DNA from: a virus
Lineage: Duplodnaviria > Caudoviricetes
Virus record (IMG/VR): IMGVR_UViG_3300006149_000006
Location: 1-64,000 of that record
DNA: 64,000 bases
Direction: 5' to 3' (one strand)
The position numbers and the translations under genes were made by a program. How positions within the stretch are numbered: position 1 is the stretch's first letter; the number at the start of each line of letters is the position of its first letter. The notes beneath the pieces were generated by a model. The model did no database searches. It saw nothing but the letters and a program-made list of their open reading frames with translations, and was not told where the DNA came from. Below are positions 27,759-36,705 of the stretch, in pieces.

Positions 27759-29174
27759 TTAACTATACACCAGACATATTGTCCCATTATTAAGTGAGCT
27801 AGGCGCACTTGTCCTCATTGCTATCCCTCGATAAAGCGTAGATGTATAACTTGTATTGGTCATACTTGTTTGCCCTGTGCCTCCATTAGAAACCGAAAGT
27901 GTCCCTGTGACACCCGGTGTTATGCTTGCTGTACCATCAAAACTAGAAGATGATGTACTTCCAAGATTTGTACGAATTGTTCTTGCAGTTGTAAGTTTCG
28001 CGGCTGAGTCAACTCTATCAGCTCTTGCTACACGAATAGGGGCAATATATGTTGTCTGTTCTTTTGTAATACGGCCCTTAGAATCAACTGTAACATTCGC
28101 AATAGGAATCCCCGGATAAAAACCATACGTTGAATTTGTGATTGTAAAGTATGATTCCACATTATTCTCATAAATAACAGTTGATGGATCTGCTGTTCCT
28201 GTCCCATACTTTACCTCGCTAATCTCTGCCCTATCCGTCCCATTATTGACACTATTATCCTTCCGGTATGTAAATACAATAGACTGATTGGCCGAAAGTG
28301 CAACCGTCAGCTGGCCGCTTTGCTCTACTGCGCCACCGGTATTTGCCAACACAGTCGATCCAGCTGCTACAATATTAAGATAATCATATGACACATTTTC
28401 AGATGATACTTTCCATTTGAATGACAATTTACACGCCTGTTTTGCAGTCCATGTAGATATTGCTGATGTGCCATGCAATCCAACATTATTACTGACCCAT
28501 ACGGTACCATTATTGTTGCGAACTAATTCTATCGCTCCATATTCACCAGACACAACACCAGTATTGGCAAGCGTAGTAGGGATGCTTACACTCGAAGCGC
28601 CGTTAAATGATACGCTACCTGTCGCATCTCCACTCAAGGAGATGTTTCTTGATGTCGCAAGTTTAGCTGCTGATACCGCTTGCCCAGTTGTATTTCCAGT
28701 CCCGCCATTTGTTATTCCTAATGTGCCTGTAACACCGGGCGTAATGTTTGCACTTCCATCAAAACTTGCTGTAGATGTACTTGCGAGATTAGTTCTAATA
28801 GTACGGGCTGTTACAAGTTTTACTGCCGATGTCGCTGAACCACCGGCAGTGCTTGAACCTGCATAACTGTGCGTGTGAGATGTGCTTGATTTACTGGCAA
28901 GTTTCTCATCCATTTCCTGTTCTGTATAGTATCTTTCATCATGAATGTGGCCTGTCGGAGAAGCGCCCACTTGGGCAGCAGTATAATCACCGGCTTGCGG
29001 AACAACTGCTCCTGTCCTCCCTTTGAAAGATGTCACACCTGTATCTGGCGCAGCCTGTGCAACTGCATTTCCATTTTCATCAAATCCAACTACTTGTCCA
29101 ACAGCGCCAATAAGCTTATCTTGTTTTCTTGCAAGTTCAGGCTTATCATTCATAGGAAATCCTGAAACAATCAT
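27759..29174 (-). CDS. Tail fibre protein (cassette 4)
   Basis: MIVSGFP-KQDKL-GQVVGFD head, HxH motifs and duplicated ARTIRTNL..FDG...GGTG repeats. Confidence 0.85.
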   Translation of the reverse strand: MIVSGFPMNDKPELARKQDKLIGAVGQVVGFDENGNAVAQAAPDTGVTSFKGRTGAVVPQAGDYTAAQVGASPTGHIHDERYYTEQEMDEKLASKSSTSHTHSYAGSSTAGGSATSAVKLVTARTIRTNLASTSTASFDGSANITPGVTGTLGITNGGTGNTTGQAVSAAKLATSRNISLSGDATGSVSFNGASSVSIPTTLANTGVVSGEYGAIELVRNNNGTVWVSNNVGLHGTSAISTWTAKQACKLSFKWKVSSENVSYDYLNIVAAGSTVLANTGGAVEQSGQLTVALSANQSIVFTYRKDNSVNNGTDRAEISEVKYGTGTADPSTVIYENNVESYFTITNSTYGFYPGIPIANVTVDSKGRITKEQTTYIAPIRVARADRVDSAAKLTTARTIRTNLGSTSSSSFDGTASITPGVTGTLSVSNGGTGQTSMTNTSYTSTLYRGIAMRTSAPSSLNNGTICLVYS

Positions 29175-29353
29175 TCTGACATCATCCCTCCTTTTAAATA
29201 ATCAATGCTTTGATATTCGTTGAGTATAATAAATACGCAACATCTTATCCTTTCAACGCTCAAAACGACAATATGCTCTTTTCCAGCCACACATCATTCC
29301 ATTCACCCCCTCGCATGTTCCATCATTGTCCACTGCTATTTGTCATGAGCATC

Positions 29354-29446
29354 AAAAGCAAACGTTTTGCCTCACCCTCTGTTGCCTACGATAAAATTGA
29401 ACAGGCAGTTGTATGAGAGGGTTTTGTAAATGTTGTAGTAAATCAT
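29354..29446 (-). pseudogene. N-terminal relic of a phi29 gp16-type DNA encapsidation ATPase
   Basis: MIYYNIYKTLSYNCLFNFIVGNRG*GKTFAF; ATG overlaps the upstream stop (ATGA); stop falls inside Walker A. Confidence 0.7.
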
Positions 29447-30642
29447 ATTCGAGTGAGAGGTTGGGTTGATATACCTGAAACCTGCGCGTCCCCATACGCG
29501 TAGCAGTTGTATATTGTCGGCGAATTTGCAAATTTAATGCTATTCTTGAATATGCAGTTTAAAAATAATGAACCGCTTGCATTTACTTCTGTTGTGACGC
29601 CATTGAAAATACAATCATAGAAACGGTCTAACCTTAACTGTGCATTTCCAGTTAGTGTTATTTCGCAACCAACAAAAACAGAATTATCTATTCTGCCGGC
29701 ATATTCAACAACGCCGCCAACTGCTCTTATCCGTTCGCCCGTGATTGTTAATGACGTTTTAGGGTAGGTTCCGCTAAGATGATTACCCGTTAGAACAAAA
29801 ATCTTATTTGCAGCGTCATTATTAAATATGGGGGTCGCTACCCCCGCAATACGTGTGGTCGCTATTTCTACATTCTGGTATTCATCTGTCGCCGCGATCT
29901 CTATTAAACCGGCTGATTGATATAACTTTAAAGCCTGTATATTATTAGGATGATTGAAGCTTAAGGCCGACACATTAGCGATATAATGATAATCCATATT
30001 TATATTGCCATTCATCTTCCCACCCGTGAGCGGCAGCGCCGCATTCGCTTTGGTCAGCGCGGCAGATGCGTTAGACGATGCTGTAGAAATATTGCTGTTT
30101 TGTGTGGTCTGCTCTGTTTTGATTTTCGCCACATCACCCTGAAGCGCCGAGATGTCTGCCATATTGTCATTTACATCTTTTACCAGTCCATCAGATGTGC
30201 TGCCGACTGTAGTTTCCAGTGCAGAGATGCGATTTGTAACGCTCTCCGGAACGGAACCGGACGACTGTTTCAGTTTATTTATCTCCGCTGTATTGGAAGC
30301 GATATTCGAGGCATTGTCAGCCGATTTTTTGACGAGGCCTGACGTGCTGTTACCGACCGTGGTCTGGAGCGTCTCCAGCTCTCCGTCTATCGCGGTGATG
30401 TTATTTTCATTTGCAGTCACACGAGCTGTCAGGGCAGTAATATTCGAGGTATTGGTTTCCGTTTTAGCAACTGCGTTTTGGATAGCGGTTGTATTGCCGG
30501 AAATAGCCGTATCCTGAGCCGTCTGCTGTAATTCAATTTCTGCAACATCATCTTGAATTGCCGAAACATTTGTTGTATTTGTCTGAACTTGATTAACAAG
30601 TTCTTCTGGTATTTCCTTTTTAGGTAAAGTAGAAAAAATCAT
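29443..30642 (-). CDS. Coiled-coil tail fibre/spike (cassette 3)
   Basis: MIFSTLP head, heptad stalk, LPLTGG.M.G.I.M and beta-helix-like C-terminus (FxxCxF). Confidence 0.75.
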   Translation of the reverse strand: MIFSTLPKKEIPEELVNQVQTNTTNVSAIQDDVAEIELQQTAQDTAISGNTTAIQNAVAKTETNTSNITALTARVTANENNITAIDGELETLQTTVGNSTSGLVKKSADNASNIASNTAEINKLKQSSGSVPESVTNRISALETTVGSTSDGLVKDVNDNMADISALQGDVAKIKTEQTTQNSNISTASSNASAALTKANAALPLTGGKMNGNINMDYHYIANVSALSFNHPNNIQALKLYQSAGLIEIAATDEYQNVEIATTRIAGVATPIFNNDAANKIFVLTGNHLSGTYPKTSLTITGERIRAVGGVVEYAGRIDNSVFVGCEITLTGNAQLRLDRFYDCIFNGVTTEVNASGSLFLNCIFKNSIKFANSPTIYNCYAYGDAQVSGISTQPLTRI

Positions 30643-30700
30643 ATTTATCTCCTTTCACTCTTTAATTAATCTATTATGGGCTTTCTGATTGAAAACAAAG

Positions 30701-30745
30701 AAAAACACACGCGCGTGCTATTGAATAACACGTGCGTGCGTTTTT
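30701..30745 (-). terminator. Hairpin terminator after TAC operon 2
   Basis: aaaaacacacgcgcgtg / cacgtgcgtgcgttttt. Confidence 0.7.
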
Positions 30746-30915
30746 CATGCATTGCTTTCTTATGATCTTCGTCAGTATCATAAGAAAAAGCCAGGAAACA
30801 TAAGTCTTTGTTATGTTCTTTCGTTATAAATAAAAATAACGAAAAATGTCCCTCTAAAACGGAACGGAAACTTAGTCCATCCATAAACACTTTTCAAGCA
30901 AAAGAAAGCTTTTAG

Positions 30916-31326
30916 CTACGGTTTTCCAGCTTTATCGTCTTCCATAAAATTCATAAACGGTATGTGAACCGGCTGGAAAGGGCCAGCCATTGTAATCTGC
31001 GCGATATAAGGGCGCAAATACCCCAGCAATAACGCAGGCGCGTTGTTCTTCAATAGCGCCTCTACTATCTGGCTGTCAGTCTCTTGATCCCACCGGAAGT
31101 GAGCACCGATGACGGCAGAAAGACAAAAGGGGTACTTCTGTGATTCTTCAGCAACGTCTGCTTGTAAGGAAACATAAGCCATGCAAGAATCCACCCGCTG
31201 AACAGAGAACTTGGTTTCAAAAGGTAGCTGTGTATCCTTATTTTCTTCGGGACTAAAGCCTTCATTAACTAAAAAAGCCATTTTCGTTAAAACAGGATTC
31301 GTAAATTGAAATTTGCTTGGCACCAT
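30916..31326 (-). CDS. SecB-like chaperone
   Basis: NAPALLLGYLRPYIAQIT...P..IPFMNF motif. Confidence 0.88.
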   Translation of the reverse strand: MVPSKFQFTNPVLTKMAFLVNEGFSPEENKDTQLPFETKFSVQRVDSCMAYVSLQADVAEESQKYPFCLSAVIGAHFRWDQETDSQIVEALLKNNAPALLLGYLRPYIAQITMAGPFQPVHIPFMNFMEDDKAGKP

Positions 31327-31337
31327 TTTGACCCCTC

Positions 31338-32003
31338 CTATGCTGCACAGCGCAAAAATCCGCCAAGGAGTGCGCTCTGCTCCGCTCCTATTTTTTGCGA
31401 TTCTTGCTCTATGACCGCAGCTGACGGAATCTTAAGTATTTGTTTTTCATATGCGCTGCAAATCCAATTTGTATCAGCCAATGTGTGTGCTTGGACATGA
31501 CCTAACAGAGATGCTGCAAAATCAGTGCACGTTCGCAATTCTACTAATCCTTCACACTTCGTCGTTATCGAAGGGAGAGTTAGTTTAGCGAAATACGAAG
31601 GGCTTTCCCAAGCAGAACAATCAGAACTGTGCGATTCCAGCATATTACGGTATTCAGCGGTGCAATCTGCTGGAAGCTCAAGGTAACTATCCACGTCTGG
31701 GTAGGCATCAGCAGGGACGTTGTTCGACAGACTGAATTTATCGCCGTCCCATTTTAGGAAAAACAATGAAGAACGTTGATTATGAAAAACATCCGAAAAC
31801 GCAAGCTTATCATCAATAATTTCAATCAAGTCTTCTGGACAGGTTTTTGCAATCAGCCACTCCTCCGAGAGACGGCAGCAGGAGCACAAATAACGATTTG
31901 CAGCTTGATCTGTACATACGAACAAAATAGGTTCGCCATATTCATAAAATGTGTGTTCCAATGTCAATGTCCCGATCTGGGGAAGATTCGCAAATTGACT
32001 CAT
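31338..32003 (-). CDS. Putative antitoxin (DUF6575-like N-terminus, tail ending in -AA)
   Basis: F.EY.EPILF.C......YL N-terminus; C-terminus GGFLRCAA. Confidence 0.6.
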   Translation of the reverse strand: MSQFANLPQIGTLTLEHTFYEYGEPILFVCTDQAANRYLCSCCRLSEEWLIAKTCPEDLIEIIDDKLAFSDVFHNQRSSLFFLKWDGDKFSLSNNVPADAYPDVDSYLELPADCTAEYRNMLESHSSDCSAWESPSYFAKLTLPSITTKCEGLVELRTCTDFAASLLGHVQAHTLADTNWICSAYEKQILKIPSAAVIEQESQKIGAEQSALLGGFLRCAA

Positions 32004-32012
32004 AAGAACCTC

Positions 32013-32453
32013 CTATCCTTCAGTTTTTATATAAAAGAGTCTGCTCGGATCTGCGTCATGGTAAAGCCACCAATCAATATGAGATGTTTTCTTACCAGTA
32101 CGCTCTTTTGTTCTCTGTAGCGGTCCGAGCGCATAAGTCGCTTCACCCTCCATGATAAAAGCTGGTGGATTATATCTTTTCAAACATTTCAACGTATTTC
32201 GAGCTTCATTCACGTTTTTGAAGCAAGACGTGGAATATGTACCTGGGTCATCAAGATTCCATTTTGGTGGTTTGGGCTGAAGACCCTGTCGGACACTTTC
32301 GTAGGTGCTGAGAAATGCGTTTTTGTTAATTATACCACTTATGCATACACGATATACCTGCAATGTCAATGGGACAATATTTTTAGGCAGTATATCCGTT
32401 TCAAAATTGGCTGGGAATGAATCCGGGAATTTGTTTGCAACTTCATTTTGCAT
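32013..32453 (-). CDS. ART-like putative toxin
   Basis: VYR, YSTSCF and SHIDWWLY pattern. Confidence 0.55.
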   Translation of the reverse strand: MQNEVANKFPDSFPANFETDILPKNIVPLTLQVYRVCISGIINKNAFLSTYESVRQGLQPKPPKWNLDDPGTYSTSCFKNVNEARNTLKCLKRYNPPAFIMEGEATYALGPLQRTKERTGKKTSHIDWWLYHDADPSRLFYIKTEG

Positions 32454-32521
32454 TAGTCACGAACCCCTTTGGTGTCGGTATTCATCAGTATACACAAGCG
32501 TTTAGCACTTGTATAATATTC

Positions 32522-32550
32522 ATTATACACAAAATACGTTTCCGAGTCAA
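32522..32550 (-). promoter_or_regulatory. SigA promoter of TAC operon 2
   Basis: TTGACT-17-TATAAT. Confidence 0.8.
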
Positions 32551-32693
32551 CATTATTTTAACTTTTATGCACAAAAATAAATTTTCCAGCAACCGACACA
32601 TCATCCTGCAACAGCACTTCGGAACCACATCAACAGCTCAACCTGACCCAGAATAAGTCGGTAAGCCTCATCAAAGCTACCTCCGGGTAAAAC

Positions 32694-32726
32694 AAAAAAA
32701 CGCCCCGACCGCGAGGGCCGAGGGAC
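32694..32726 (-). terminator. Intrinsic terminator
   Basis: GC-rich stem followed by T7 on the - strand. Confidence 0.75.
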
Positions 32727-32731
32727 TTATA

Positions 32732-32935
32732 TCATGCATTATTATGGAAAACATCTCTCGCAATATTTTCCAGCACTCTCCGCTGGTATTCTTTGATTTC
32801 CTCGTCATTCGGTTCCCTTACCCCATGCTCAAGAAAGAACATCACCAATGCGAGATACCCGACTTTATATGCGAAGCATTTCAAGGCACTGTAAATCAGA
32901 ACCGTTACTAGCACAACCTGTAGCATCGTCCTCAC
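32732..32935 (-). CDS. Small membrane protein
   Basis: Hydrophobic N-terminus; RBS-like ggggtg. Confidence 0.5.
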   Translation of the reverse strand: MRTMLQVVLVTVLIYSALKCFAYKVGYLALVMFFLEHGVREPNDEEIKEYQRRVLENIARDVFHNNA

Positions 32936-33092
32936 CCCTATCCATATGCTGCTTCTTCAGACGCTTTGGACTTGAATCAACAATTCAAATGCTTGGGCTA
33001 TCAATCGAATCATCGGCGGGCGGCTGGAACCTTGCGGCTTCCAAGATCGTAAAATTTTCCAGAGCCAGAAGTAATATAATAACCCCGTTATT

Positions 33093-33485
33093 TTAACATT
33101 GAGCCTTTGGGGAGAACACTAATATCGCTTTTCTTGCAAGGGACAGCGCCTGAGTATCGCTTAGCATTATTTCAGTTTTACTGCCATGAATTTCGCTGTG
33201 GTACTTATTCGTTGAGGACGGACAATATTTTACATATGCTTGCACCGTATTGCAATCCTTCACAGTGAGCGAAACTATCACCCCTGTAAGAGTCTTCCTT
33301 ATAAAATTTATTGATTCCTGTAGAGACTGGTCATATACACGATTGACAGATAGACCATTTTTATCCTTAAATGCCGCGCTAGAGAGCTTGCCGTTCCTCC
33401 AAAAATTCGGACGCTGATTAGCTGGCCAAACCGCTCTCAGCAGTAACTCCATCTCATCAAACTCAAAGGGCATAGAACTTATCAA
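33093..33485 (-). CDS. ART/RES-like putative toxin
   Basis: E.L.RAV, AFKD..GLSV.R and H.EI pattern. Confidence 0.55.
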   Translation of the reverse strand: MISSMPFEFDEMELLLRAVWPANQRPNFWRNGKLSSAAFKDKNGLSVNRVYDQSLQESINFIRKTLTGVIVSLTVKDCNTVQAYVKYCPSSTNKYHSEIHGSKTEIMLSDTQALSLARKAILVFSPKAQC

Positions 33486-33801
33486 CTTCCTCGCTCATCA
33501 ATCCTATCGGGATGTCTTTTGTCTCCGTTTTGTCATCGTGACTGCAAAAAAATTTCTTCAATCTTCCGCCCTCAAATAACTCGAATTCCAGATAATCTCC
33601 ATTCTCATTTTCGTATTCGAGTTGGATGCTATCTCTGGCTGTCGGAAATATCTCGGGTTGCGTTTTGAGACTTTCGACAATATATTTAAGCGTATCCAAA
33701 ATCTCATTTGAAAATTTAGACGCACCATTCTCGTTCCAATTATCTGGCAAATCACGAATCTCTGATATCCGATTGTAGCTTGTCTGCAAAGCGGTATTCA
33801 T
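33463..33801 (-). CDS. Putative antitoxin
   Basis: I..L..NWN..GA and P.IFPT....IQLEY; coupled to the toxin-like gene. Confidence 0.55.
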   Translation of the reverse strand: MNTALQTSYNRISEIRDLPDNWNENGASKFSNEILDTLKYIVESLKTQPEIFPTARDSIQLEYENENGDYLEFELFEGGRLKKFFCSHDDKTETKDIPIGLMSEEVDKFYAL

Positions 33802-33880
33802 GACAGAATCACCATCCAAACACAAAGTGATATTACCATATTGTTTATTTTTTCAACCGTAGGTGCATTTCTATAATTTT

Positions 33881-33909
33881 ATTATACACCCCGGGCAAAA
33901 GGCTGTCAA
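33881..33909 (-). promoter_or_regulatory. Consensus SigA promoter of the TA pair
   Basis: TTGACA-17-TATAAT. Confidence 0.85.
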
Positions 33910-34058
33910 CAACGACATTACGCTTCTGTGAAAATTTCCTTCATACTCAATGCTGTACCTCCGGTATGTTTGATTTCCTTTATAGTACACCGCGAACCGG
34001 GGTTTGTCGTCCCCGGCTCACGATGCAGTACCAGTGTTTAGAGCGTTACTTCCCGTTT

Positions 34059-34208
34059 TTACTGCCCCGTTCCGCCGAACGCCGCAGGAACCAGATCAGC
34101 AAGGCCGCTGTCAATCAACACCTCGGCACACCCCGCCTGCAATGCTCTCGGAACATCCTCAAACGCCGTCTTACCAAGAATTACCCTCTGTGCAAAAAAC
34201 ATAGCCAT
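34059..34208 (-). CDS. Small CD1375/XkdX-like tail-associated protein (cassette 2)
   Basis: MAMFFAQRVILGK..F.DVP..L...AEVL. Confidence 0.65.
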   Translation of the reverse strand: MAMFFAQRVILGKTAFEDVPRALQAGCAEVLIDSGLADLVPAAFGGTGQ

Positions 34209-34258
34209 TATTAGAAACATCCTTTCAAAATATATTTGTACCCGCTAAAATGCGGATA

Positions 34259-34666
34259 TCATACGTTGTATACCTGTGCAGCCATTTCGGCAATACAGTC
34301 CTCCAAAAAATCTTGCCTGCCGCTTGCCGCTGCAATCTGCGCCCGCAGCAGCGCGTTATCTGCCCGCAGCTGCTCCATTTCAGACGGCGGCGGTTCAGGA
34401 ATAGCAGCACGATCCACCGCGATCTCTTCTTCGGTGCGCGGCTTAACAGCCTGTCCGTCCCACTTGTACAGAGGGATGCCGTCTGCGTCATAGAAGGAAG
34501 GGTTTTCCTCATCGTCCGACGTAAACCGGAATTGGTAACCACCCTTGTCGCTTATGCAGATAGCGTCCGTTGTATCGCGGTCAGGGTGCGGACCATCGCT
34601 CCAATAGCTGATGATTGCGCCATCGGCGCGGGTTTTGATGTAGTGCTTGTTGTAATATTCGTTCAT
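34259..34666 (-). CDS. Putative fibre assembly chaperone (cassette 2)
   Basis: G.PLYKWDG....RT.EEI..D, coiled tail and FLEDCIAEMA; visibly GC-rich. Confidence 0.7.
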   Translation of the reverse strand: MNEYYNKHYIKTRADGAIISYWSDGPHPDRDTTDAICISDKGGYQFRFTSDDEENPSFYDADGIPLYKWDGQAVKPRTEEEIAVDRAAIPEPPPSEMEQLRADNALLRAQIAAASGRQDFLEDCIAEMAAQVYNV

Positions 34667-34677
34667 AATTTTCCTCC

Positions 34678-35745
34678 CTAAATATTGGAATCTAAAATAA
34701 TTTTCGCAGTACTATCTCTCGTTGATATACTCAGTACCGGATAAACGGTATCGGTTGGTGTTGCATCCAATGCAAGCCGCACAGACATAGGTGTATCCAA
34801 TATCGCCCAGACACAAGATTTAATAAGCACACTTTCTATTTTTCCGGATTTCAGGAAGTTTGCATAGATTTCTCCTTCGAAAGATACTGTTGGATTTTTT
34901 TGCATAGTAGCTGGAATCGTAAAAGCGACACGAAGGCCGTTTTGCGTTGTTCCTGTTGCTCCGGATGCCGGGGAATTAGACCATGTAGGCAACCTGATGA
35001 CAACCTGATACCGCTGGCACTTTGTCAGCTCCGTTGCATAATTCGGGACTTCGTTGAGCACCCAAACACCGTTTTCTTTGTGTGCAAGTGTTTGACGATG
35101 GCCAAGTTCAAGTTTCATTGCGGCAACATCTACAATACCTTTATTTCCTGGTGTAATGGAAACATTAAAATGATCTTGCATTCCATTCGGAATAGCGAAT
35201 GTAAACGATACTACCTCGTATTCTGTATTTTTATAATACCCTGCTTGTTCAGTAATGTTACTATCGTAAGTCGTTCCATACGAAAGAGTAAAATAAGAAC
35301 CACTAACAAGTTTTGCAAGTGCAGAAAGCGTTACGGTTTTGCCCTCCAATTCTTTGAAATGCCCAATCCTCTGCGAGAATATTGATCGGTAGTCGTTCGC
35401 GCTCGCATCAACACGAATACCATCAGGAAAAAGAGTTGTAATAACAGATGTATACGTGCGCCATCTATCAATCGTATAATTAACATTAGTGTACTCCGTC
35501 TGTCCCCTCTGATTCACCGGATTCGCAAAATACCAATTATCCAGCAGATTCTGATTACTGAAAGAACGGTAATACTCTGCAATCGAGGTCACCCCATCCG
35601 GCATCAAGAACTTATCAGCTGTAAAGTTTTTTGCAAACTGTGAAGCAGGAAGCTGGGCAACGCCCCCCTCTCTATTAACTATAAAAGAGTCTGTCAACTC
35701 GTTCAAAAATTCAATTTTTTGAAGTTTTTCAGGCTTCTGTGCCAT
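34678..35745 (-). CDS. Tail fibre/receptor-binding protein (cassette 2)
   Basis: NLLDN..F..PVNQRG...Y..DRW, KLE.G and EL.KCQRY motifs. Confidence 0.75.
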   Translation of the reverse strand: MAQKPEKLQKIEFLNELTDSFIVNREGGVAQLPASQFAKNFTADKFLMPDGVTSIAEYYRSFSNQNLLDNWYFANPVNQRGQTEYTNVNYTIDRWRTYTSVITTLFPDGIRVDASANDYRSIFSQRIGHFKELEGKTVTLSALAKLVSGSYFTLSYGTTYDSNITEQAGYYKNTEYEVVSFTFAIPNGMQDHFNVSITPGNKGIVDVAAMKLELGHRQTLAHKENGVWVLNEVPNYATELTKCQRYQVVIRLPTWSNSPASGATGTTQNGLRVAFTIPATMQKNPTVSFEGEIYANFLKSGKIESVLIKSCVWAILDTPMSVRLALDATPTDTVYPVLSISTRDSTAKIILDSNI

Positions 35746-36019
35746 TATTTTGCTCCATTTCTCCCACCGAAAGGAACGTCGGGTGCGATTCCTCTAATCG
35801 ATTGTGGGCTGCAATTTTTTCGTCAATCATAGCCGCAACCTCTTCTACGGTAGGACATTTGCTGAGGGCAGCTTGTAATTCAGCAACATCATTTGAGGCG
35901 ACCGCATTACCACTTTCATCAAATCCAACTACCTGTCCAACAGTGCCAACAAGCTTATCTTGTTTCTTGTCTAAATTATCACCTTCGCTCGCCGGAAAAG
36001 TAGAAAAAATCACGGTCAT
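35729..36019 (-). CDS. Stand-alone fibre head/adaptor (cassette 2)
   Basis: VIFSTFP-KQDKL-GQVVGFD-GNAVA followed by I.AHN....HP. Confidence 0.7.
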   Translation of the reverse strand: MTVIFSTFPASEGDNLDKKQDKLVGTVGQVVGFDESGNAVASNDVAELQAALSKCPTVEEVAAMIDEKIAAHNRLEESHPTFLSVGEMEQNNGTEA

Positions 36020-36046
36020 CCCTCCTTTCCTTTCTTTTGTTATACA

Positions 36047-36694
36047 TTAAACGATTTCTATCCAATCATCAGGTACCACTTCCGGACTGAAATTGGTATC
36101 CCTCAATGCTTGCATAATCTTACCGTTTATCCACTCTGCATATTCTCCTGCTTTATATACGTCGTGCGCTCCTGTAGGTGGCTTATACGGAAGAGCAGCA
36201 TCAGGGGATGTCCCATGATAGGGCGACCACAAAGACGGTGCATCTGCTGGGTTCCAGCCACTGTTTGCCGTACTGTCATGCGACTGACAGCAACTATATG
36301 GAATATTTTCATACAGGCGTACATCCCCGGTTGAATATGTCCCAGGTTTCCACACTTCTGCAAGACCACGGCACCGGATAATGTCATCCGCTTCCATCGT
36401 GGCTACCTGCGTTCGAAACATCATCCGCGCCATTGCAGTTACTCCTTGGCTTTCAAGTGCCCGTCTCTGCATTTGAAAGGCTTCTTCTGCTGCTTCCTGC
36501 ATTTTCTTTTCTTCAAATGCTGCCCTTCGGCTGGTATCTTCTACAATGTCAGCAATAGCCGTCCTATCCTCATTCAAAATCAGTTTAGAGAACGCCCTAT
36601 ACCGGTTAAACTTCTCTTGCAGTTCCGGCGTAAGATTCCACGATATATCAGGAATTTCATAAGGCGTGGTTGTTAAATCTTCTTGTATGTACAT
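36047..36694 (-). CDS. Fibre-associated protein with CBM5/12-like repeats (cassette 1)
   Basis: W.PG.Y..GD..Y...Y.C.Q.H.S...W.P...SLW and PTGAHD.Y..G motifs. Confidence 0.7.
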   Translation of the reverse strand: MYIQEDLTTTPYEIPDISWNLTPELQEKFNRYRAFSKLILNEDRTAIADIVEDTSRRAAFEEKKMQEAAEEAFQMQRRALESQGVTAMARMMFRTQVATMEADDIIRCRGLAEVWKPGTYSTGDVRLYENIPYSCCQSHDSTANSGWNPADAPSLWSPYHGTSPDAALPYKPPTGAHDVYKAGEYAEWINGKIMQALRDTNFSPEVVPDDWIEIV

Positions 36695-36705
36695 GTTAGC
36701 CTCCT

